Assembly (NCBI GenBank): GCA_964016885.1
Contig: OZ024740.1
Coordinates: 259,780,001 to 259,844,000, forward strand
Reading direction: 5' to 3'
Length of the DNA: 64,000 bases
Origin: Eledone cirrhosa
Lineage: Eukaryota
Position numbers and translations under genes: made by a program. Positions 55,201 through 64,000 of this stretch are shown piece after piece. The notes under the pieces are model-generated. The model saw only the letters and a list, made by a program, of their open reading frames with translations. It did not search any database and had not been told where the DNA came from. Positions within the stretch are counted from its first letter, which is position 1. Every line of letters starts with the position of its first letter.

Positions 55201-57592
55201 TGACAGAGGAGAGAGACAGTGACAGAGGAGAGAGACATTGACAGAGGAGAGAGACAGTGACAGAGGAGAGAGACAGTGGCAGAGAAGAGAGACAGTGACA
55301 GAGGAGATTGACAGTGACAGAGGAGAGAGACAGTGACAGAGGAGAGAGACAGTGACAGAGGAGAGCGACAGTGACAGAGGAGAGATACAGTGGCAGAGGA
55401 GAGAGACAGTGGCAGAGGAGAGAGACAGTGACAGAAGAGAGATACAGTGACAGAGGAGAGAGACAGTGACAGAGGAGAGAGACAGTGACAGAGGAGAGAG
55501 ACAGTGACAGAGGAGAGAGACAGTGACAGAGGAGAGATACAGTGGCAGAGGAGAGAGACAGTGACAGAGGAGAGATACAGTGGCAGAGAAAAGAGACAGT
55601 GACAGAGGAGACAGACAGTGACAGAGGAGAGATACAGTGGCAGAGGAGAGAGACAGTGACAGAGGAGAGAGACAGTGACAGAGGAGAGAGACAGTGGCAG
55701 AGGAGAGAGACAGTGACAGAGGAGAGAGACAGTGACAGAAGAGAGAGACAGTGGCAGAGGAGAGAGACAGTGGCAGAGGAGAGAGACATTGGCAGAGGAG
55801 AGAGACAGTGACAGAGGTGAGAGACAGTGGCAGAAGAGAGATACAGTGACAGAGGAGAGAGACAGTGGCAGAGGAGAGAGACAGTGGCAGAGGAGAGAGA
55901 CAGTGACAGAGGAGAGAGACAGTGACAGAGGAGATTGACAGTGACAGAGGAGAAAGACAGTGACAGAGGAGAGAGACAGTGACAGAGGAGAGAGACAGTG
56001 ACAGAGGAGAGATACAGTGGCAGAGGAGAGAGACAGTGACAGAGGAGAGAGACAGTGACAGAGGAGAAAGACAGTGACAGAGGAGAGAGACAGTGACAGA
56101 GGAGAGAGACAGTGACAGAGGCGAGATACAGTGACAGAGGAGATTGACAGTGACAGAGGAGAAAGACAGTGACAGAGGAGAGAGACAGTGACAGAGGAGA
56201 GAGACAGTGACAGAGGAGAGATACAGTGGCAGAGGAGAGAGACAGTGACAGAGGAGAAAGACAGTGACAGAGAAGAGAGACAGTGTCAGAGGAGAGAGAC
56301 AGTGACAGAGGAGAGAGACAGTGACAGAGGAGAGAGACAGTGGCAGAGGAGAGAGACAGTGGCAGAGGAGAGAGAGTGGCAGAGGAGAGAGACAGTGGCA
56401 GAGGAGAGAGACAGTGACAGAGAAGAGAGACAGTGACAGAGGAGAGAGACAGTGACAGAGGACAGAGACAGTGACAGAGGAGAGAGACAGTGACAGAGGA
56501 GAGAGACAGTGGCAGAGGAGAGAGACAGTGGCAGAGGAGAGAGACAGTGGCAGAGGAGAGAGACAGTGACAGAGGAGAGAGACAGTGACAGAGGAGAGAG
56601 ACAGTGACAGAGGAGAGAGACAGTGACAGAGGAGAGAGACAGTGGCAGAGGAGAGAGACAGTGACAGAGGAGAGAGACAGTGACAGAGGAGAGAGACAGT
56701 GGCAGAGGAGAGATACGGTGGCAGAGGAGAGAGACAGTGACAGAGGAGAGAGACAGTGACAGAAGAGAGAGACAGTGACAGAGGAGAGAGACAGTGGCAG
56801 AGGAGAGAGACAGTGACAGAGGAGAGAGACAGTGGCAGAGGAGAGAGACAGTGACAGAAGAGAGAGACAGTGACAGAGGAGATTGACAGTGACAGAGGAG
56901 AGAGACAGTGACAGAGGAGAGAGACAGTGACAGAGGAGAGAGACAGTGACAGAGGAGAGATACAGTGGCAGAGGAGAGAGACAGTGACAGAGGAGAGAGA
57001 CAGTGACAGAGGAGAGAGACAGTGACAGAGGAGAGAGACAGTGGCAGAGGAGAGAGACAGTGACAGAGGAGAGAGACAGTGACAGAGGAGAGAGACAGTG
57101 GCAGAGGAGAGAGACAGTGACAGAGGAGAGAGACAGTGACAGAGGAGAGAGACAGTGGCAGAGGAGAGAGACATTGGCAGAGGAGAGAGACAGTGACAGA
57201 GGAGAGAGACAGTGGCAGAAGAGAGATACAGTGACAGAAGAGAGATACAGTGACAGAGGAGAGAGACAGTGACAGAGGAGAGAGACAGTGACAGAGGAGA
57301 GAGACAGTGACAGAGGAGACAGACAGTGACAGAGGAGAGAGACAGTGGCAGAGGAGAGAGACAGTGACAGAGGAGAGAGACAGTGACAGAGGAGAGAGAC
57401 AGTGACAGAGGAGAGATATAGTGGCAGAGGAGAGAGACAGTGGCAGAGGAGAGAGACAGTGACAGAGGAGAGAGACAGTGACAGAGGAGAGAGACAGTGA
57501 CAGAGGAGAGAGACAGTGACAGAGGAGAGATACAGTGGCAGAGGAGAGAGACAGTGACAGAGGAGAGAGACAGTGGCAGAGGAGAGAGACAG
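49300..57592. repeat. 8.3-kb 19-bp minisatellite, ~435 copies (gaggagagagacagtg[a/g]ca)
   Basis: Period 19; strongly purine-skewed on +; explains all the >1000-aa Ser/Leu/Cys ORFs. Confidence 0.98.
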
Positions 57593-58639
57593 AGATAATG
57601 GTAGTTTGATCTCTACACTTGTCTTCTCTCTTCCTCTACAATGAGAGTGCAATGAAAGGTGTGAGAGAGTGGTGGGGTATAATAAATAGACCATTAATAT
57701 TAGACACAATATATTACATTCTAGAAATTCAATTTTTAATTCTAAATTGAAAACGTTTTTTTTTTTATATTTTAAATTGAGTAAACAGTAAGATTTTTAT
57801 ATTGGGATATTGATAAAAATATAAATATATTTTTTCTATAATTCACCATGGAAATTTTATATTTCCAATAATGGAGTATTTTTTAGAATCATTATTAAAA
57901 ATATAGAATTCTATCAATAATATATCAGCTAATTTGACGAGAGAGGGAAGAAGGGGAGAGAGGGAAAAGAGGGGGAGAAAGGGGGAAAGAGGGGGAGAAA
58001 GGGGGAAAGAGAGGGAAAAGAAAGGAGAGAGATATGGGGAGAGGCATGAAGAGAGGGAGAAAGTGGGGGAGAGAGGGAGAGAGTGGGGAGATAGAGAGAG
58101 GCAGTGAGAGAGGGGTGGGGGGAGAGGGGGAGAAAGAAGGGAGAGAGTGATGTTCCACAACCTATAGATTAAAAAACCAAACTAAAAAACATTTGATCCC
58201 AATAATCATGTATTAAGTTTTTTAATAGCAAACCACCTGTATGAAACAGAGATATGTCTATTTTAAAATGTTTATATTTATCTAAACATTTACCATCATT
58301 ATTTTACAGTCTGAGTTCAAATCCCGCCAAGGTTAACTTTGCCTGTCATCCTTACGGGGTCGATAAAATAAAGTACCAGTAATGTACTGGGTGATTGATG
58401 GCCTTGTGCCAAAAGTAGAAACAATTATTTTAAGTTACAGTATAAGACTGGCAGTGTCAGTAGAGGGTCGGACGCCATGCTTTGCAGCATAGTTACGTCC
58501 CTTTGCGGACTGAGTTCAAATCCCGCCGAGGTTAACTTTGCCTTTCATCCTTACGGGGTCGATGAAGTAAAGTACCAATGATGCACTGGGTAATTGCTGG
58601 CCTTGTGCCTAAAAGTAGAAACAATTATTTTAAGTTACA

Positions 58640-59090
58640 CTCTATAAGGTGGTCATCCTGGTGACACAACAAAAGGTGCCCAGACCATTCTGTAAGGTAG
58701 TTGTGCTGGTGACACGACAAAAACACCCAGTCAGTCCATTCTGTGAGGTGGTCGTGCTAGTAACAAGACAAAAAGCATCTAGCCCACTTTGTAAGGTGGT
58801 CATGCTGGTGACCACAAAAAGTGTCCAGTCCACCCTGTAAAGTGGTCATGCTGGTGACATGACAAATGTGCCCAGTCCACCCTGTAAGGTGGCCATTTTG
58901 GTGCCATGATAAAAACCACCCAGTCCACATTGTAATGTAGAAAAGTGCATCTAGCTGTAGAAACCAAACCAAAATACAGATCCATATGAGCAAACCGTAG
59001 TCATCTGACCTGACTTGTCTCAAAATGCAACAACCCATCTAACCCATGTGACCAGGGAAAATGGACTTTAAATGCTGATAATGATGAACA
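58640..59090 (+). mobile_element. RTE-type 3' UTR with expanded ~45-bp internal tandem units
   Basis: ctgtaaggtggtcatgctggtgac...cccagtccac units, then gcatctagctgtagaaacc...aacccat tail. Confidence 0.65.
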
Positions 59091-59269
59091 TGGTAGTTTT
59101 TATAAGAGAAGAAAAAGTTGTCAATAAAGGCCAAAGTCTACAGTGACTGTTAGTGTCAACAGAAACACTCTTCTCTTTCTCCATAAGATGAACCATAGGC
59201 AGGAGTTACCATAATCATCATCGTTTAACATTCTCTTTTCCAGGGGTTGAATGGGTCTACATAGACCGA

Positions 59270-59455
59270 GTCAGTACTAGCATGTGACTGTGGGGACCCT
59301 GACCAAACAATATTGCATGTTGTTCAGGATTGCCCCTGCAGACTTTTTCCTGGCAGCCTGGAGGCAATCCATAATGCTGCAAATGACGCCTTGGTCTGGC
59401 TCGCTGGTCTCGACCTAATTCACTAACTATTGTGCATATGTCATATGACAAGAAG
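59270..59455 (+). mobile_element. 3' end of Vingi-like LINE (same family as 3864-6315)
   Basis: ACDCGDPDQTILHVVQDC (CCHC); homologous to 3870-4030 reversed; AAG tail. Confidence 0.75.
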
Positions 59456-60484
59456 TACTGGAGTGAGGCTACTGGCCTCCCGGACAGGTTACTGGCCTCA
59501 CGGACAGGCTACTGGCCTCCCACATGCTTATGTATGGTTATACTTAATTTGACTAAGGTACAGAGACCAATCAATGTGGTCATGTAATTCCTACCTGCAG
59601 AATATCCTGAGCTGAAACTAAGATATTTCTATTAGAAATAGAAGCTTTCACTGTATTTTTTGACTAAAGAAATTTTAGCCTGATAGTGGGGTTTAGAACC
59701 TTCTAAGAAATGGAAAAAAATAAGTGTTGATGTATACAGGAGAGCTAGTACCCAAGCCTCGATAAAATGTACCTTATACACTCAGGTGACAGGGATGGTA
59801 TCCAGCTGTAGAAACTAGGCCAAACAAAAGAACGAGAGGACTTTTTAGTTGTGTTGAGAACATGACCACCTTGTGCTGGTGCCACAATAAAATACACCCA
59901 GAACACTCCTTAAAGTGGTTGGTGACAGGGTGCCCAACTGTATGTTTTGAATGTATCCATCAAACAAAAGCTTGAGAGGACTCATCAGTTGTGTCAAGAA
60001 CGTGAAACACCCCCACCCTAGTGTTGGTGCCACAATAAAATGCACCCAGTTATCTTCTTGAAGTAGTTAGTAATAGGAAGGATATCCAGTTAAAAAACCA
60101 TATTAAATATAGATCATATGAGCACAATGAAACCTCAGAATTCACATCCTCTCACAATACACAAACCAATAATTATTTCTACTTTTGGCACAAGGCCAGC
60201 AAATATCCCAGTACATTACTGGTACTTTATTTTATCGACCCCGTAAGGATGAAAGGCAAAGTTAACCTCGGCGGGATTTGAACTCAGACCATAAAGGGCC
60301 GTAACTCTTTGCTGCAAAGCATGGCGTCCGACCCTCTACCGATACTGCCAATCCACCTGTTTATGATTAGGCAACATGCTTTATGGCCTGTAACTTAAAG
60401 GGTCAACAAAAAAGAGATCAAGAAAAAAACCACAGGATTGAAAAGTGAAGTACCAGGAGCAATATGATTGACTAAATCAAAATG

Positions 60485-63400
60485 TTTAATGACTGAAATC
60501 AGTGAGAGAGTAAAAGAATGTGTTGCTCCAGCATGATCAGAGTCTAATAACTGAAAGCAGTAAAAGAGTAAAAGAATGTGTTGCTCCAGCATGACCACAG
60601 TCTAATGACTGAAAGCAGCAAAAGAGTAAAAGAATGCATTGCTTTAGCATCGCCATAGTTTAATGACTGAAAGCAGTAAAATACTAACAGAATGTAGTGC
60701 TCTAGCATGGCCACAGTATACTGATAGAAAGCAGTAAAAGAGTTAAAGAATGCAGTGCTCCAGTATGGCCAGTCTGACTGAAAGCAGCAAAATAGTAAAA
60801 GAATATGTTGCTCCAGCATGGCCATAGTCTAATGTCTGAAAGCAGTATAAGAGTAAAATAATGTAGTGCTCTAGCATGGCCACAGTTTAATGACTGAAAG
60901 CAGTAAAAGACTAACAGAATGTGGTGCTCCAGCATGGTCAAAATCTAATGACTAAAAGCAGTAAAAGAGTAAAAGAATGTGTTGCTCCAGCATGTGCACA
61001 GTCTAATGACTAAGCAGTAAAAGAATGTGGTTCTTCAGCATGGCCATGGACTAATGACTGAAAGCAGTAAAAGAATGTGGTTCTCTAGCATAGCCATGGG
61101 CTAATGACTGAAAGCAGTAAAAGAATGTGGTTCTCTAGCATGGCCATGGGCTAATGACTGAAAGCAGTAAAAGAATGTGGTTCTCTAGCATGGCCATGGG
61201 CTAATGACTGAAAGCAGTAAAATAATGTGGTTCTCTAACATGGCCGTGGTCTAATGACTGAAAGCAGTAAAAGAATGTGGTTCTCTGGCATGGCCATGGT
61301 CTAATGACTGAAAGCAGTAAAAGAATGTGGTTCTCTGGCATGGCCATGGTCTAATGACTGAAAGCAGTAAAAGAATGTGGTTCTCTAGCATGGCCGTGGG
61401 CTAATGACTGAAAGCAGTAAAAGAATGTGGTTCTCTAGCATGGCCATGGGCTAATGACTGAAAGCAGTAAAAGAATGTGGTTCTCTGGCATGGCCATGGT
61501 CTAATGACTGAAAGCAGTAAAAGAATGTGGTTCTCTAGCATGGCCATGGGCTAATGACTGAAAGCAGTAAAAGAATGTGGTTCTCTAGCATGGCCATGGG
61601 CTAATGACTGAAAGCAGTAAAAGAATGTGGTTCTCTAGCATGGCCATGGGCTAATGACTGAAAGCAGTAAAAGAATGTGGTTCTCTAGCATGGCCGTGGT
61701 CTAATGACTGAAAGCAGTAAAAGAATGTGGTTCTCTAGCATGGCCGTGGTCTAATGACTGAAAGCAGTAAAAGAATGTGGTTCTCTAGCATGGCCATGGG
61801 CTAATGACTGAAAGCAGTAAAAGAATGTGGTTCTCTAGCATGGCCATGGGCTAATGACTGAAAGCAGTAAAAGAATGTGGTTCTCTAGCATGGCCGTGGG
61901 CTAATGACTGAAAGCAGTAAAAGAATGTGGTTCTCTAGCATGGCCATGGTCTAATGACTGAAAGCAGTAAAAGAATGTGGTTCTCTAGCATGGCCATGGG
62001 CTAATGACTGAAAGCAGTAAAAGAATGTGGTTCTCTAGCATGGCCATGGGCTAATGACTGAAAGCAGTAAAAGAATGTGGTTCTCTAGCATGGCCATGGG
62101 CTAATGACTGAAAGCAGTAAAAGAATGTGGTTCTCTAGCATGGCCGTGGGCTAATGACTGAAAGCAGTAAAAGAATGTGGTTCTCTAGCATGGCCATGGG
62201 CTAATGACTGAAAGCAGTAAAAGAATGTGGTTCTCTAGCATGGCCGTGGGCTAATGACTAAAAGCAGTAAAAGAATGTGGTTCTCTAGCATGGCCATGGG
62301 CTAATGACTGAAAGCAGTAAAAGAATGTGGTTCTCTAGCATGGCCATGGGCTAATGACTGAAAGCAGTAAAAGAATGTGGTTCTCTAGCATGGCCATGGG
62401 CTAATGACTGAAAGCAGTAAAAGAATGTGGTTCTCTAGCATGGCCATGGGCTAATGACTGAAAGCAGTAAAAGAATGTGGTTCTCTAGCATGGCCATGGG
62501 CTAATGACTGAAAGCAGTAAAAGAATGTGGTTCTCTAGCATGGCCATGGGCTAATGACTGAAAGCAGTAAAAGAATGTGGTTCTCTAGCATGGCCATGGG
62601 CTAATGACTGAAAGCAGTAAAAGAATGTGGTTCTCTAGCATGGCCATGGGCTAATGACTGAAAGCAGTAAAAGAATGTGGTTCTCTAGCATGGCCATGGG
62701 CTAATGACTGAAAGCAGTAAAAGAATGTGGTTCTCTAGCATGGCCATGGGCTAATGACTGAAAGCAGTAAAAGAATGTGGTTCTCTAGCATGGCCATGGT
62801 CTAATGACTGAAAGCAGTAAAAGAATGTGGTTCTCTAGCATGGCCATGGGCTAATGACTGAAAGCAGTAAAAGAATGTGGTTCTCTAGCATGGCCATGGG
62901 CTAATGACTGAAAGCAGTAAAAGAATGTGGTTCTCTAGCATGGCCATGGGCTAATGACTGAAAGCAGTAAAAGAATGTGGTTCTCTAGCATGGCCATGGT
63001 CTAATGACTGAAAGCAGTAAAAGAATGTGGTTCTCTAGCATGGCCATGGGCTAATGACTGAAAGCAGTAAAAGAATGTGGTTCTCTAGCATGGCCATGGG
63101 CTAATGACTGAAAGCAGTAAAAGAATGTGGTTCTCTAGCATGGCCATGGGCTAATGACTGAAAGCAGTAAAAGAATGTGGTTCTCTAGCATGGCCGTGGG
63201 CTAATGACTGAAAGCAGTAAAAGAATGTGGTTCTCTAGCATGGCCATGGTCTAATGACTGAAAGCAGTAAAAGAATGTGGTTCTCTAGCATGGCCATGGG
63301 CTAATGACTGAAAGCAGTAAAAGAATGTGGTTCTCTAGCATGGCCATGGGCTAATGACTGAAAGCAGTAAAAGAATGTGGTTCTCTAGCATGGCCATGGG

Positions 63401-64000
63401 CTAATGACTGAAAGCAGTAAAAGAATGTGGTTCTCTAGCATGGCCGTGGGCTAATGACTGAAAGCAGTAAAAGAATGTGGTTCTCTAGCATGGCCATGGG
63501 CTAATGACTGAAAGCAGTAAAAGAATGTGGTTCTCTAGCATGGCCGTGGTCTAATGACTGAAAGCAGTAAAAGAATGTGGTTCTCTAGCATGGCCATGGT
63601 CTAATGACTGAAAGCAGTAAAAGAATGTGGATCTCTAGCATGGCCGTGGTCTAATGACTGAAAGCAGTAAAAGAATGTGGTTCTCTGGCATGGCCGTGGG
63701 CTAATGACTGAAAGCAGTAAAAGAATGTGGTTCTCTAGCATGGCCGTGGTCTAATGACCGAAAGCAGTAAAAGAATGTGGTTCTCTAGCATGGCCGTGGG
63801 CTAATGACTGAAAGCAGTAAAAGAATGTGGTTCTCTGGCATGGCCGTGGGCTAATGACCGAAAGCAGTAAAAGAATGTGGTTCTCTAGCATGGCCGTGGG
63901 CTAATGACTGAAAGCAGTAAAAGAATGTGGTTCTCTAGCATGGCCGTGGTCTAATGACTGAAAGCATTAAAAGAATGTGGTTCTCTAGCATGGCCGTGGA
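60485..64000. repeat. SINE-tail-derived satellite: diverged ~58-60-bp units (to ~61010), then homogeneous 50-bp units running off the window
   Basis: Unit ctaatgactgaaagcagtaaaagaatgtggttctctagcatggccatggg, ~60 copies. Confidence 0.97.

Noticed and set aside
49142-57709. ORFs of 1398-2653 aa
   Set aside because: Translations of a stop-free 19-bp minisatellite in all three frames; no coding evidence.
57847-57928. Possible 82-nt exon on - (DILLIEFYIFNNDSKKYSIIGNIKFPW)
   Set aside because: Very AT-rich, and direct splicing to exon 31104 would create TGA. Cannot be supported without RNA data.
57935-58145. G-rich purine tract as a functional G-quadruplex or telomeric element
   Set aside because: Low-complexity GA sequence with no TTAGGG units; nothing specific beyond composition.

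Overview
Repeat-saturated, AT-rich animal genomic DNA. The SINE/LINE repertoire suggests a coleoid cephalopod such as Octopus (inference). The window is probably mostly intron: only one convincing host exon was found (30942-31104, - strand). Contents: (i) four Penelope-like element (PLE) coding remnants (three Hydra-clade-like, one of them nearly full length with RT + GIY-YIG, and one Nematis-like); (ii) about ten type-I hammerhead ribozyme (HHR) motifs of several architectures in pseudo-LTRs (pLTRs) and short non-autonomous units, often with inverted tails abutting (TA)n; (iii) five copies of an RTE-clade LINE with a PHD-like Zn-finger insert, plus a partner tRNA/CORE-type SINE; (iv) Nin-domain SINEs, a Vingi-like LINE, a mariner, a TTAA MITE and a non-autonomous LTR element with a tRNA-Trp-like PBS; (v) four large minisatellites (29, 34, 19 and 50 bp units). 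Most listed ORFs, including all those over 1000 aa, are repeat artefacts. All folds and alignments were done by eye, and boundaries are approximate unless the flanking sequence is quoted.
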